Below are positions 23,816 through 34,814 of a stretch of 64,000 nt of DNA, in pieces (positions within the stretch are counted from its first letter, which is position 1; each line of letters opens with the position of its first letter). Location: contig JBKAGP010000001.1 in NCBI GenBank assembly GCA_046290465.1, positions 1,408,001 to 1,472,000 on the forward strand, in the 5' to 3' direction. The DNA comes from Planctomycetota bacterium. GTDB lineage: Bacteria > Planctomycetota > UBA1135 > UBA2386. Under the pieces are notes generated by a model, which saw only the letters and a list, made by a program, of their open reading frames with translations, ran no database searches and was not told the origin of the DNA. The position numbers were made by a program, and so were the translations under genes.

Positions 23816-24282
23816 CGACGCCTCCCGCTGCCGGCACCGACCACCAGCAGCAGCAGCGTCGCGCCGTAGCTGCCGAGCTGCAGCGCACAGATCGCGAACG
23901 GCAGGAAGCCGCCGTGGCGTTCGAGGCCGGTCTCGAGGTCCTGGTGCGCGCCGAGCAGGAAGTAGCCGGCCGCCGCCGCGACCAGCAGCACCGCCACCAG
24001 CCACAGCCGCACGTCGGTGGCGACGCGATCGAGCATCACGCCGAGCAGCGCCAGCAGCGGCGCGCCGGCCAGCACTGTCGGCAGCAGCCAGCTGGTCGTC
24101 GAGTCCCCGGTGCCGATCAGGAACGCGACCCAGACGCCCGGCAGCGCACCGATCGAGAACAGCTGGTGGCCGAAGCCGGGCCACTGCGCTGCGAGCAGCG
24201 CGCCGACGGTGAACCACAGCGGCAGCAGCCACCAGAACAGCGGCCGGTCGGCCCGGCGTTCGATCGTGACGATCTCGGTCAT
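23812..24282 (-). CDS. Hypothetical membrane protein
   Basis: 4-5 hydrophobic segments; ATGA overlap with cdd. Confidence 0.75.
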   Translation of the reverse strand: MTEIVTIERRADRPLFWWLLPLWFTVGALLAAQWPGFGHQLFSIGALPGVWVAFLIGTGDSTTSWLLPTVLAGAPLLALLGVMLDRVATDVRLWLVAVLLVAAAAGYFLLGAHQDLETGLERHGGFLPFAICALQLGSYGATLLLLVVGAGSGRRR

Positions 24283-24419
24283 GGTCTGCGGCGGCGATGC
24301 GGCGCGGGTGCACCGTTGGGAAGACGTGGCGAGCAGGCGAACGGCGCGGCGCCGATCCGGCCGCCCAGATCATGGCACCTCGCGGGCGTCTGGCAAAGCA
24401 CGCTGGTTAGAGTGGGCGC

Positions 24420-25727
24420 GTGAGCCAACCCGCCCCTGACCGAGACCACCTCGAAGCCCTGCGCCTGCTCGGCAGTTCGCCCGAAGAGCCACTGCAGGTC
24501 GACGGCGTGCCGGTCGCCGAACTCGCCAGCCGGTTCGGCACGCCGCTCTACGTGTTCTCGGCAACGGCGCTACGCGCGCGCGTCGCCGCCGTGCAGCAGG
24601 CGCTCGGGCCGCGCTTCGAGCTGTTGTGGTCGGTCAAGGCCAACCCGTCGCTCGCGGTGACACGCGTGTTGCGCGAGGCCTCGGTCGGCGCCGAGATCGC
24701 CTCCACCGGCGAACTCGAGGTGGCGCTCGCGGCGGGGCACGACGCGGCGTCGCTGCGGTTCGCCGGCCCGGGCAAGACCGACCTCGAACTCGACGACGCG
24801 CTGGCGCGCGGCCTCGGCACGTTCCACGTCGAGTCGCTCGACGAGCTGCAGGCGCTGGCCGACCTCGCGTCGACGCGCGACCTGGTCGCCAACGTCGCGC
24901 TGCGCGTCAACCTGCCGCAACAGCTCGCCGGCTCGCGCATGCGCATGGGCGGCCGCAGCAGCCGCTTCGGCATCGACGTCGAACAGGTGCCCGAGATCGT
25001 GCGCGCGATCGGCGCGACCGCCTCGCTGCAGCTGCGCGGTCTGCACGTCTACGGCGGCACCCAGGGCTTCGACGCCGACGCCTTCGTCGCCCACGCCCGC
25101 GCGCTGTGCGAACGGGCCGCTGCCTGGGAGCGCGAGCTGTCGGTGCGCTTCGACGAGATCGACCTGGGCGGCGGCTTCGGCGTCGCGGTGTTCGCCGGCG
25201 ACCCGACCTTCGACCTCGCCGCCGCCGGCGCCGGCCTGCGAGACCTGCTCGACGAGCACGACCGCGACGGCCGGCGCTGGTTCGTCGAACTCGGCCGCTA
25301 CCTCGCCGCCCCCGCCGGCGTGTTCGTGACCCGCGTCGTGCGCACCAAGACCAGCGGCGACCAGCTGCACGCGGTGCTCGACGGCGGCATGCACCACGCG
25401 GCGGCGCCGGCCGGCCTCGGCTCGGTGCTGCGCCGCCCGCCGCTGCTGGTCGCCGCCGAGCCGCGCCAGGGAGCGCGACGCCCGGTCACCCTCGGCGGTC
25501 CGCTGTGCACCCCGGCCGACCAGTTCTGCGACCAGCTCGAGCTGCCGCCGCTGCACCGCGGCGACCTGGTGGCCGTGCTGCACGCCGGCGCCTACGGCCT
25601 GACCTACAGCCCGTCCCGCTTCCTCAGCCACCCGAGCCCCGCCGAGATCCTCGTCGACACCGGCCAGGCCCGCATCGTGCGCACCCGCGGCCTGCCCACC
25701 GACGCCCTCCAAGACCAACAAGAGTAG
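24420..25727 (+). CDS. Type III PLP-dependent decarboxylase (LysA/BtrK-like)
   Basis: SVKAN, GPGK, ALRVN, DLGGGF, ELGRY, GPLCTPAD, GAYG. Confidence 0.88.
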   Translation: MSQPAPDRDHLEALRLLGSSPEEPLQVDGVPVAELASRFGTPLYVFSATALRARVAAVQQALGPRFELLWSVKANPSLAVTRVLREASVGAEIASTGELEVALAAGHDAASLRFAGPGKTDLELDDALARGLGTFHVESLDELQALADLASTRDLVANVALRVNLPQQLAGSRMRMGGRSSRFGIDVEQVPEIVRAIGATASLQLRGLHVYGGTQGFDADAFVAHARALCERAAAWERELSVRFDEIDLGGGFGVAVFAGDPTFDLAAAGAGLRDLLDEHDRDGRRWFVELGRYLAAPAGVFVTRVVRTKTSGDQLHAVLDGGMHHAAAPAGLGSVLRRPPLLVAAEPRQGARRPVTLGGPLCTPADQFCDQLELPPLHRGDLVAVLHAGAYGLTYSPSRFLSHPSPAEILVDTGQARIVRTRGLPTDALQDQQE

Positions 25728-25802
25728 CCGTACGGTACGCGGTTCATCCTCCAACTCCCGCTTGCGGAAGTTGGAGGATGAACCGCGTACCGTACGGCTA
25801 CT
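25723..25802. repeat. 80-bp inverted doublet with 34-bp perfect arms; REP/REPIN-like family B
   Basis: AGTAGCCGTACGGTACGCGGTTCATCCTCCAACT (25723-25756) and its exact reverse complement (25769-25802). Confidence 0.95.
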
Positions 25803-27987
25803 TTCGTGGGCGCAGCCTGGAGTAGCGCGGGTTGCCGGGGTTGCGCTGCTCGTACTCCGGCAGCAGGAAGGCGTCGTCGGGCAGCTGCAAGAGGGCGGCG
25901 TCGAGCCGTTCGACCAGCTCCGGATCGTCCTGCAGGGCCTTGCCGCGCAGCGCCTCGGCGGTCTGCATCGCGCTGATGCTGAGGCCGTCGACGGCGGCGG
26001 CGGCGAGCGGCGCGATGCGGAACACCTGCTGCAGTTCCGAGAACGTCAGGTCGAGGTCCCCCGCCTGCAGCGCCAGCCGCGCCAGGCCGCCGTGCGCCAT
26101 CGCCTCGTAGTGCGCGCCGTCCTCGCTCTGGGTGCGCTCGCGGTAGCTCGCGAAGTGACGCAGCGCCTGGTTGTAGCTGGCGCGCGCGTCGTCGGGATGC
26201 GAACGGCGCCGGTGCTGCTCGGCCGCGACCAGCGACGCGTAGCCCGCGAACCACGGCAACACCGCCGGCGCATCGTCCTTGGCCAGCAGCTTGGCGTATT
26301 CCTTCTCCATGCGCGCGACGCCCCCCTGGCGCAGCCACAGGCCGCGCAGGCGATGGTGCAGCGGCGCCGCCGCCGGGAACCGCTCGACCCCCTTCTGCAG
26401 CACGACCTCGGCGTCCGGCGAACGAAAGAACTCGAGGAAGTCGTAGTGGTCGGCGACGTTCTGCGGCGTGCCGAGCGGATGCTTCATCAACAGCGTGTAG
26501 GCCGTGTGCACGTCGGTGGTCCACGCACCGGGCCACTCCTTCTTGTTGCGCACGGCGTCCTGGATCGCCGCCTGGCGACCGTGTGCGAACAGCGTCAGCA
26601 GCTCCTTGGCGAGCCGGCCGGGGGCGTCCGGCGGCAGGTTCGGCATCGCCTCGGCGGCGAGCTGGAAGGCCCGCTGCTGCTGCCCGCGCTGCGAACGCAT
26701 CACCGCCTCGAGCGCCTTCGGTCGCCAGCCGTCGGCGCCGGCCGCGACCGCCGCGTCGAGGTGGCGCTTGGCGTCCTCCAGCAGCAGCGTGCGCTGGGCC
26801 TGGGCCAGACGTACGCCACCGCGAACGCGCGCCACCTCCACCTCGAGCGCCTGCAGCAGGCTGCTCTCGGCGACGTCGAGCCGCGCCTGTGGATCGTCGG
26901 GCTGCCTGGCGAGCGCCTGGTCGCGCTTCTGCGCCTCCGCGGCGACGTCGGTGATGCCCGAGTAGGCCGGCCCGACCAGCACGCTCTGCCACTTCTGGCC
27001 ATCGATCGCCGAGGTGCCGTTCTCGAGCCCGCGGTGCGCCGTCGCCAGCGTGCGCGCCCGCGTGCTGCGATCGCGGAAGCGATCGAGCGCGTCGACCAGG
27101 CCGCTGCGCTCGTCGGCCGCCAGCGGGCCGCGCAGCGTGTCGGCGATCAACTCGACCGCGAGCAGGTCGTCGGATTGCTGCATGCCTTCGCGCGCACGCC
27201 GCGCGAGGTCCGGGTCGAGGCCGTAGGCGGCCTGGCGCAGCAGCTCGAGCGGGACCTTGTCGCCGGCGGCGATGCCGAGCTCGAGCATGCGCTTCTTCAG
27301 CTCAGCGCTCGCCTTGGCGAACTCGGCCTCGATCGCCTCGCGATCCGCGCTGTCGGGACTCTCGATGCGCTCCTTCAGCGAACGGTCCCCCTTGACGATC
27401 GGCGGCGCCTGGATCTTGCGGTTCTTGATGCCGTTCTCGAGCGACTCCAGCACCGACTTGACGTCCCACGTGTAGAACACGTCGTAGACCTCGCTGCCGT
27501 CGAGTTCGACCATGATGTGGCGCGGCGAGATCCGCTTGCCGTCGAGGAACTTCTCGTAGACCAGCGGCTCCAGCGCGATGTGCTCGCCGCAGGTCACGCA
27601 GCCGAGCCGCGGGCACGGGATGCGGCGGCCCTGGTCGTCGTAGTCGCGCGGGTTGTGGCGGTAGACCGAGGCCATCACGCACACGTACGGCTCGAACAGC
27701 TTGGCGACCTCGGGGTCGCGGTAGCGCACGCCGGCGTAGTGCTCGCTGGCGATCTCCCCGTCCATGTTGACGCAGACCAGGATCGGCTTCTTGGTCTGCT
27801 GCGACAGCCGCACCGCGTCGTCCCAGGTGCGCTGCCAGCGGATCAGCGGCGGCTTGTTCCAGTCCTCGGCGGTCGGCGCGTACCACATCTGCTCGGGCAC
27901 CAGGCCCTGCGGCTGCGGCACGCCCTCCTGCGCTGCGGCGAGCGCACAGAACGACAGGGAGATCAGCGGGGTCAGCAGTCGACGCAT
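25798..27987 (-). CDS. Secreted protein with a thioredoxin-like N-terminus and a helical/TPR-like C-terminus
   Basis: Signal peptide MRRLLTPL...AAA-Q; IRWQRTWDDA...KKPILVCV; helical repeats. Confidence 0.7.
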   Translation of the reverse strand: MRRLLTPLISLSFCALAAAQEGVPQPQGLVPEQMWYAPTAEDWNKPPLIRWQRTWDDAVRLSQQTKKPILVCVNMDGEIASEHYAGVRYRDPEVAKLFEPYVCVMASVYRHNPRDYDDQGRRIPCPRLGCVTCGEHIALEPLVYEKFLDGKRISPRHIMVELDGSEVYDVFYTWDVKSVLESLENGIKNRKIQAPPIVKGDRSLKERIESPDSADREAIEAEFAKASAELKKRMLELGIAAGDKVPLELLRQAAYGLDPDLARRAREGMQQSDDLLAVELIADTLRGPLAADERSGLVDALDRFRDRSTRARTLATAHRGLENGTSAIDGQKWQSVLVGPAYSGITDVAAEAQKRDQALARQPDDPQARLDVAESSLLQALEVEVARVRGGVRLAQAQRTLLLEDAKRHLDAAVAAGADGWRPKALEAVMRSQRGQQQRAFQLAAEAMPNLPPDAPGRLAKELLTLFAHGRQAAIQDAVRNKKEWPGAWTTDVHTAYTLLMKHPLGTPQNVADHYDFLEFFRSPDAEVVLQKGVERFPAAAPLHHRLRGLWLRQGGVARMEKEYAKLLAKDDAPAVLPWFAGYASLVAAEQHRRRSHPDDARASYNQALRHFASYRERTQSEDGAHYEAMAHGGLARLALQAGDLDLTFSELQQVFRIAPLAAAAVDGLSISAMQTAEALRGKALQDDPELVERLDAALLQLPDDAFLLPEYEQRNPGNPRYSRLRPRK

Positions 27988-28051
27988 GGGCGGCAGGATA
28001 GCCGAAGCCCTGGCCGCGCGTGTCGCATGTGCGTCATTCGCGCGTCGACGT

Positions 28052-28864
28052 TCAGCAGTCGACCAGCATCTCGTCGAGTCCGCGCCGCGCCCGCCAGCCA
28101 CCGAGCAGCGACACGTCGCGCGGCCGCAGCGGGTCCTGGCACTCGATGGAATCGAGCGCCTCGGTCGAAAGGCCCTGCACGGCGCACAGCCGCTGGGCCA
28201 ATTGCCACCGCGAGACCCGTTCGGGACCGGGCAGATGGAACACATTTGGTCCATCGGGGTCGACCACCGCCTCGACCAGCGCAAAGGCCGCGTCGGCGGC
28301 GTGCAGCGGCGTGCGGTACTCGTTGGTGAACAGGCCGAACGGCCGCGGTTCGGCGATCGCCGCGCGCACCGACGCGGTGGCGCCGCGGCCGAGCGGGTCG
28401 GCGCCGAACAGCAGCGGCAGACGCACGACCCGACCGCCGTGCACGCGCACGCGGTCCTCGCCCTGCGCCTTGCTGGCGCCGTAGACCGACAGCGGCGAGG
28501 GGGGCGCGTTCTCGGCGTACGGCGCGCTGCGGCCGTCGAACACCAGATCGGTCGACGCGAACAGCAGCCGCGCCCCGAACCGTTCGGCGAACCGCTCGGG
28601 CAGCCAGGTGTTGGCGCGCGCGGCCGCGCCCGGATCGCGGGTGCACTCGCCGATGCGCGACATCGCCGCCAGGTGGACCACCAGGTCCGGCTGCAGGCCT
28701 TCGACCACCGCCGCCACCATGCCGGGCGCCAGCAGGTCGACCGCGGCGTCGCCGCCAGAACGGGAGGTCGTCAGGGCGACGTGGCCGGCGGCCTGCACGG
28801 CGGCGACGGTGTAACGACCGAGGAAGCCCTCGGAGCCGGTCACGAGAATGCGGAGGGCGGCCAT
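28052..28864 (-). CDS. RmlD-like SDR (dTDP-4-dehydrorhamnose reductase family)
   Basis: GSEGFLG, HLAA, STDLVFDG, YGASK. Confidence 0.88.
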   Translation of the reverse strand: MAALRILVTGSEGFLGRYTVAAVQAAGHVALTTSRSGGDAAVDLLAPGMVAAVVEGLQPDLVVHLAAMSRIGECTRDPGAAARANTWLPERFAERFGARLLFASTDLVFDGRSAPYAENAPPSPLSVYGASKAQGEDRVRVHGGRVVRLPLLFGADPLGRGATASVRAAIAEPRPFGLFTNEYRTPLHAADAAFALVEAVVDPDGPNVFHLPGPERVSRWQLAQRLCAVQGLSTEALDSIECQDPLRPRDVSLLGGWRARRGLDEMLVDC

Positions 28865-28930
28865 GCGGGCCCGTATGGTTGCAGGTTCGGCTGGCCAGCG
28901 GAAGCACCGAGGTCGTATGGTCGGCGCGAC

Positions 28931-29833
28931 TTGTCGCCCGCCGCTGCCGCCAACCCGACGCCGCCCGAGCGCGTGCTGCTGATCGCCAACCCGATCTCCG
29001 GCGGCGGCCGCGGCCGCATCCTGGCGCCGGCGCTGGGCGCGGCGCTGGCTGCGCGCGGGGTCGAGGCCGAGGTGTTCCTGACGACCGCTGCCGGCGATGC
29101 CGCGCGGCGCGCCGAACGCGCCGGGGACGAGCCGTGGGACGGCCTGGTCGCGCTGGGCGGCGACGGCACCGTCAACGAGGTCCTCAACGGCATGCCGGAC
29201 CCGACCCGGCCGCTGGGCGTGCTGCCGGTCGGCACCGCCAACGTGCTGGCGATCGAGCTGTCGCTGCCGCGCGACGTCGACGGCGCCGCGAGCGTGATCG
29301 CCGCCGGCCATCGGCGCGAGCTCGCGATCGGCACCTGCAACGGCCGGCGCTTCCTGCTGTTCGTCGGAGTCGGCATGGACGGCGCCATCGTGCGCCGGCT
29401 CAGCGAGGTGCGCACCGGCACGCTCGGCAAGCACAAGTGGCTCGGGCCGCTGCTGCACACGGCGTGGCACTGGCCGCGTCCCGAGCTGACCGTCAGCTGC
29501 GATGGCGGCGCGCCCATGACCGGCGTGTCATCGGTGCTGGTGACCCGGGTGCGCAACTACGGCGGCATCATGAGCCTGCCCGACGCCGACCGCGACAGCG
29601 GCGAACTGCACGTGCTGGCGTTCCACATGCGTTCGCGCCTGAGCTGGCTCTACCACGGCCTGCGCGCGACCGTCGGCCGGCTGCGAGGGGGCCGCCACCT
29701 GACCATCGTGCGCGCGCGCACGGTGCGCGTCGACGGCATCGCCCCGTTCCAGATCGACGGCGACTACGGCGGCGAGAGCCCCACCGATCTCGCCCTCCAC
29801 CCCCACCCAGCCCAGCTCTTCTCCCCGAGATGA
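28931..29833 (+). CDS. Diacylglycerol/lipid kinase family protein
   Basis: ANPISG, GGDGT, PVGTAN, QIDGD; the TTG start is uncertain. Confidence 0.88.
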   Translation: MSPAAAANPTPPERVLLIANPISGGGRGRILAPALGAALAARGVEAEVFLTTAAGDAARRAERAGDEPWDGLVALGGDGTVNEVLNGMPDPTRPLGVLPVGTANVLAIELSLPRDVDGAASVIAAGHRRELAIGTCNGRRFLLFVGVGMDGAIVRRLSEVRTGTLGKHKWLGPLLHTAWHWPRPELTVSCDGGAPMTGVSSVLVTRVRNYGGIMSLPDADRDSGELHVLAFHMRSRLSWLYHGLRATVGRLRGGRHLTIVRARTVRVDGIAPFQIDGDYGGESPTDLALHPHPAQLFSPR

Positions 29834-29878
29834 TCCGTCCGTGAGGTTTCGTCCCGGAACCAACTTGCGGAACACGAA

Positions 29879-31705
29879 TCAGAAGGTGGCGATGGTGCTG
29901 CGGAGGGCGTTGCTGAGGGTGGCGCCGAAGGGGTTCTGGCCGTTGGGGAGGCTGCCGGGGACCACCATGGCCGCCGACTGGGTGAACAGCTGCACGCCGG
30001 CGGGGATGCCGGCAGGCAGCGCGACGGTCTGGGTCTGGTTCGGGCCGGCGCCGACGAACGCCAGCGTCACGTCGAGGCCGACCAGGTGCAGGCGGCAGCC
30101 CGGCATGCCGAGCGCAGCGAGGTCGGTGCCCGGCACGTCGCCGACCGGCGAGAAGATCGTCACGCCGAAGAACACGCCCGAGCTGCCGGTCGCGTCCGGA
30201 ATGCCGTCGATCGCGTAGGTCAAAAGCGCGCCGGCGGTCGCCGTCGACGTCGGCGCGGGCGACGCCGACAGCCGCATCGCCAGCACGTCGGGCGCCGTCG
30301 CCAACGGCGTCGCGACCGCGAGGTCGACCGAACCCGGATCCAGCGACGGCCCCGGCGCATGGCCGACGATGGTCGGCTGCACCGGGTTGCTCGTCGCCAG
30401 CTGGTCCCACGCGATCCGCGCGACCCCGGACAGCAGCTCGAACTGCATCTGGAAGCGCTCCGGCTGGCCGCTGCCGAAGCGCGGCACGTCGTTCCAGGTC
30501 ACATGGAGCACGCCGGCGATCTCCTCGACCAGCACCGCGCCCCCGGCCGACGGATCGTAGTCGGCGTTGCTGCGAAACGACGCGACCGGCGACTGCGTCA
30601 TGTGGTAGGGCGAACCGTAGGCCGCGATCGCGTTGCTGCCGATCGGACCGAGCGTGACCACGCCGTTCGAGCTGACCGACAAGGTGGACACCGGCCCACC
30701 GACAGACGCGAACGGCTGCGACGGCGTCACGTTCGCCTCCTGCTCGTCGCCGAGCAGCAGGTCGATCGCCGCGGTACCCGGCGGCACGAAGCCGGGCCCG
30801 CCGAGCGACACCGCGTAGCCGTCGCCGGCCACAACCGGCGCGAACGTCAGCGTGCGCCCCTGCAGCGCCGCGTGCATCTGCGCCGGCGACGCGAACCGCT
30901 GGTAGACGCACTGCCGCGCGAGGTCGTAGCAACCACGCCCGAGCACCTGGTGGCTCGCCGGCACCTGGTAGCAGGTCTGCGAGAAGCCGAAGCCGCCGCT
31001 GCCGTTGGGCACGAACGTGATCGAGCGCAGCTCGAGGTCGAACGGCGGCCACAGGTTCTCGTAGACGAGGCCCAGCGCGCCCGAGTCGCCGCCGCCGACC
31101 AGGTCGCTCGGCGGCGTGAACCCCGGCCCGACGTCGTCGCCGACCGACACCCCGACGTAGTCCCAGATGTTGAAGCCGTCGAACCCCTGGCCGTAGTCGA
31201 AGCGGATCTCGCCGGTGTCGAACAGCGTCACGCTGCAGTCCCAGTCCTGACCGGCGAAGTAGCGGCTCCAGTCGACGAAGCTGACCTTGAACGCGCCCGC
31301 CACCGCACGGTCGACCAGCACCCGCGAGGTCGGATGCGGCCCTTCGTTGTCGCCGCCGATCACCAGCACGCGCGCCGAACCACCAGGCCCGCCGCGCAGC
31401 GTCGCCAGCGTCGACGTGCCGAAGTTGGACGGGTTGACGACGCCGTTGCCGTCGGTCAGGTAGACCTCGCCGTTGGCGTCGACCACCGCGTGCGTGATCG
31501 CATACGGTACCCCCGCCATCGGGAACGTGAAGCCGAGCGGCAGTTCCGCGGTCTTGCCCTCGTCGCTCGCCGGGTAGCCCGGCAGGTCCGCCACCAGCGG
31601 CTCGGCCACGCCGGTCGCCACGAAGCACTGGGCCATGGCCGTGCCCGTCGCGCCGCACAGGCCGACGAGGCAGGCGACGAAAGGCTGGGCGAGGAACCGG
31701 CGCAT
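29879..31705 (-). CDS. Large secreted beta-rich protein with two similar halves and a C-terminal domain
   Basis: Signal peptide (AMA-Q); repeated LGFTF/PF...VDANG/VSSNG pattern; tail GMPGC...FTQS...TLSNAL. Confidence 0.8.
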   Translation of the reverse strand: MRRFLAQPFVACLVGLCGATGTAMAQCFVATGVAEPLVADLPGYPASDEGKTAELPLGFTFPMAGVPYAITHAVVDANGEVYLTDGNGVVNPSNFGTSTLATLRGGPGGSARVLVIGGDNEGPHPTSRVLVDRAVAGAFKVSFVDWSRYFAGQDWDCSVTLFDTGEIRFDYGQGFDGFNIWDYVGVSVGDDVGPGFTPPSDLVGGGDSGALGLVYENLWPPFDLELRSITFVPNGSGGFGFSQTCYQVPASHQVLGRGCYDLARQCVYQRFASPAQMHAALQGRTLTFAPVVAGDGYAVSLGGPGFVPPGTAAIDLLLGDEQEANVTPSQPFASVGGPVSTLSVSSNGVVTLGPIGSNAIAAYGSPYHMTQSPVASFRSNADYDPSAGGAVLVEEIAGVLHVTWNDVPRFGSGQPERFQMQFELLSGVARIAWDQLATSNPVQPTIVGHAPGPSLDPGSVDLAVATPLATAPDVLAMRLSASPAPTSTATAGALLTYAIDGIPDATGSSGVFFGVTIFSPVGDVPGTDLAALGMPGCRLHLVGLDVTLAFVGAGPNQTQTVALPAGIPAGVQLFTQSAAMVVPGSLPNGQNPFGATLSNALRSTIATF

Positions 31706-31755
31706 GGGAACGACAGCCTACCCGCCCATGCGGCGCCGCGGTTAGCATGCTGCCG

Positions 31756-32592
31756 ATGACTGAAGCTGCAGTGCAGACCGTGCTGGTCGGCGACGTGCCG
31801 TTCGGCGGCGACCACGGGTTCTCGTTGATCGCCGGACCGTGTGTGATCGAGAGCCGCGACCACATCCTCCGACACGCCGATGCCATCGTGACGACGTGCC
31901 GCGCGGCCGGCGTGCCGGTGGTGTTCAAGAGCAGCTTCGACAAGGCCAACCGCACGTCGGGCGCGGCGTTCCGCGGCCCCGGCCTCGACGAGGGCCTGGC
32001 GATCCTGGCCGAGGTCAAGAAGGACCTCGGCGTGCCGGTGCTGACCGACGTGCACGAGGCCGGCCAGTGCGCCGCCGTCGGCGAGGTCGTCGACTGCCTG
32101 CAGATCCCGGCGTTCCTGTGCCGCCAGACCGACCTGCTGCTGGCCGCCGCGGCGACCGGCCGGGTCGTCAACGTCAAGAAGGGCCAGTTCCTCGCGCCCG
32201 AGGACACCGGCAACATCGTCAAGAAGGTGCGCGAGGCCGGCAACCCGAACGTGATGCTGACCGAGCGCGGCACGTCGTTCGGCTACCGCACGCTGGTGGT
32301 CGACTTCGCCGGCTTCCCGACGATGCGGTCGTTCGGCCAGCCGCTGGTGTTCGACGCCACCCACTCGGTGCAACGCCCCGGTGGCGCCGGCACCTCGACG
32401 GGCGGCGACCGCACCAAGGTACCGTTCCTGGCGCGCGCGGCGGTTGCCTGCGGCGTCGACGGACTATTCATGGAAGTGCACGAGGATCCCGACAACGCGC
32501 CGAGCGACGGCCCGAACATGCTGCGTCTCGACACGCTGGCGCCGCTGCTCGCAGCGCTGCAGCGCGTGCAGGAGGCCGTGCGCGCGACGTGA
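31756..32592 (+). CDS. kdsA: KDO 8-phosphate synthase
   Basis: [48 protein letters not shown]. Confidence 0.96.
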   Translation: MTEAAVQTVLVGDVPFGGDHGFSLIAGPCVIESRDHILRHADAIVTTCRAAGVPVVFKSSFDKANRTSGAAFRGPGLDEGLAILAEVKKDLGVPVLTDVHEAGQCAAVGEVVDCLQIPAFLCRQTDLLLAAAATGRVVNVKKGQFLAPEDTGNIVKKVREAGNPNVMLTERGTSFGYRTLVVDFAGFPTMRSFGQPLVFDATHSVQRPGGAGTSTGGDRTKVPFLARAAVACGVDGLFMEVHEDPDNAPSDGPNMLRLDTLAPLLAALQRVQEAVRAT

Positions 32593-34502
32593 GCGCCGAC
32601 GATCCGCAACGCGAGGACCTGCAGCCGGGCCGGCACGACTTCGGCCAGGCACGCGACTTCTACACGTTCGCGCCCGAGACGCTGGCACAGGACCTGCCGG
32701 CGTTCGAGCTGGTGCGCGAGGTCGGCAAGGGCTCGATGGGCATCGTGTTCGAAGCGCGCCGTCGCGACGGCGGCGAGACCGTCGCACTCAAGGTGCTGCC
32801 GCCGAGCCTGACGCTGACCGAACGGGCGCTGGCGCGCTTCCTCCGCGAGGGCCGGATCATGGCGCGCGTGCGCCACCCGGACATCGTCGGCTTCCTCGAC
32901 CAGGGCCACAGCGGCCGCCTGTACTGGTTCGCGATGGAGTTCGTCGACGGCGTGACGCTCGAGCAGCGTCTGCAGGTCGGCCCGCTGCCGGTGCAGAAGG
33001 CCTGCCAGATCGCCGCCCGCGTCGGCCGCGCGCTGCAGTACGCGCACGACCACGGCGTCGTGCATCGCGACATCAAGCCCGGCAACATCATGCTGCGCGA
33101 CGGCGACATGGACGGCATGGACGTCGCCATCACCGACTTCGGCCTCGCCCGCGAGACCGGCACCGGTTCGATGACGGAGAGCGGCGCGATCGTCGGCACG
33201 CCGATGTACATGGCGCCCGAGGTCGTGCTCGGCGGCACCCAGGCGGCCAGCACGCTGGCCGACGTCTACGCGCTCGGCGCGACCCTCTACGCGCTGGTCA
33301 CCGGCCGGCCGCCGTTCGACGAGCCGACCGCGCAGGGCGTGCTGAAGGCCGTGACCGAACGCGCCCCGCCACCGCCGCGCCGGCTGCGCCGCGACCTGCC
33401 GGAAGCGGTCGAGGCGATCCTCGAGAAGGCGATGTCGCGCGATCCGGCGCTGCGCTACGGCTCGGCGCTCGAACTCGCCGAGGACCTCGAACGGTTCCTC
33501 GCCGGCGAGCGCGTGCTGGCGCGCCGCGCCGGCCTCGCCCGGCGCGCGATCCGCTGGTGCAGCCAGCGCCCGCTGATCACCGTGCTGGCCGCGGCGGTGC
33601 TGATCCTCGGCACCGGCTCGGCGTGGCTCGCCCACGAACGGCACCTCGGCGAGATCCAGCGCGAACTCGCCGACGCCGAGCGCCTGCTGGCGCTGGCCTC
33701 GACGACGCGCGACGAGCAGGACCGGCCGCGCACCGACCAGCAGCGCCGCGACCTGCTGCAGGCCGCGGTGGCCGCCGCCTCACAGACGATCGCGCGCGAC
33801 GCCAGCGTGGCGCTGGCGTGGTTCGTGCGTGCCCGCGCCCACCATCGGCTGCGACAGTACGAACAGGCCGTTCGCGACCTCGACACCGCCGAACGGCTGC
33901 GCGGCGCGGCGTCGCCGGAGCTGCTGCACTACCGCATCGACGCGCTGCGCCAGCAGGGCGATCCGGCGTCGCTGCGGCGCATGCAGGCCGACCTGACCAG
34001 CCTGCTCGAGCTCGACCCGAGCCCGCAGACGCGCGCGCTGGTCGCCGAACTGCTGCTCGGATTCGCAGCGCAGGCCGACACCCGCGAACGGCTGGCCGCG
34101 CTCGGCCAGGTCGAGGAGATCCTGCTGCCGGTCGGCGACGACTTCGCCCGCGCCGCGGTCGCCCGCGCCCGCCGGCTCGAGCTCGAGGGCGCGACCAACG
34201 CCGCGCTCGAGTCGATGCGCACGGCGCTCGAACGCCACGCCGGCGACCTCTACGTGCACCTGCAGGCGGCGGCGATGTTCGACCGCCACGACCTGCAGGA
34301 GGAGAGCGCGCGCGAGCACGCGCTGCTGCGCCGCATGCAGCCTGCCGGTGCGTCAGAGCCGGCGACGTCGCCGGTCGACCTGCGCGACGTCAACAGCTTC
34401 ATGGGCGAGGTCGAGCGGGTGCTGCAGGCGCTCGACGGCGCCGCTCCGGCCGGCAAGCGCAAGGACGAAGGCAGCGGCGACGGCGTCAAGCGGGACGACT
34501 AG
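32589..34502 (+). CDS. Ser/Thr protein kinase with a TM segment and TPR-like region
   Basis: [30 protein letters not shown] overlap with kdsA. Confidence 0.92.
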   Translation: MSADDPQREDLQPGRHDFGQARDFYTFAPETLAQDLPAFELVREVGKGSMGIVFEARRRDGGETVALKVLPPSLTLTERALARFLREGRIMARVRHPDIVGFLDQGHSGRLYWFAMEFVDGVTLEQRLQVGPLPVQKACQIAARVGRALQYAHDHGVVHRDIKPGNIMLRDGDMDGMDVAITDFGLARETGTGSMTESGAIVGTPMYMAPEVVLGGTQAASTLADVYALGATLYALVTGRPPFDEPTAQGVLKAVTERAPPPPRRLRRDLPEAVEAILEKAMSRDPALRYGSALELAEDLERFLAGERVLARRAGLARRAIRWCSQRPLITVLAAAVLILGTGSAWLAHERHLGEIQRELADAERLLALASTTRDEQDRPRTDQQRRDLLQAAVAAASQTIARDASVALAWFVRARAHHRLRQYEQAVRDLDTAERLRGAASPELLHYRIDALRQQGDPASLRRMQADLTSLLELDPSPQTRALVAELLLGFAAQADTRERLAALGQVEEILLPVGDDFARAAVARARRLELEGATNAALESMRTALERHAGDLYVHLQAAAMFDRHDLQEESAREHALLRRMQPAGASEPATSPVDLRDVNSFMGEVERVLQALDGAAPAGKRKDEGSGDGVKRDD

Positions 34503-34619
34503 TCCGCACGGCGGGGCGCCGGCTGGAAGCCTCTCCGACCCACCGCATTGCGACCATTCTTCACAATCGATTGGTTGACGTTGCGCCGAGGTCGGGCACG
34601 CTGCATCCACTCGCCACCG

Positions 34620-34814
34620 ATGCCCGACACCACGCCTGACCTCCTGCTGCTCTTCGGCGCCGGCCTGATCCTGGTCGTGCTCGCGTCCCTCGGACGCGGA
34701 ACGCCCCGGGCAACCCGCCGACGCCCTCAGCCGCGAAACAGCGCTGCCGAGGCGAACTCGCCGCCCAGCACCGGCCGGGCCTCGATGCCGACCCAGGCCA
34801 ACATGTCGGCGTAG
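34620..34814 (+). CDS. Possible small single-TM protein
   Basis: MPDTTPDLLLLFGAGLILVVLASLG; upstream TTGACG and palindrome CAATCGATTG; tail overlaps the opposite-strand remnant. Confidence 0.35.
   Translation: MPDTTPDLLLLFGAGLILVVLASLGRGTPRATRRRPQPRNSAAEANSPPSTGRASMPTQANMSA

Noticed and set aside
24420..25727. Gene symbol lysA
   Set aside because: Substrate-site motifs differ from canonical DAP decarboxylase.
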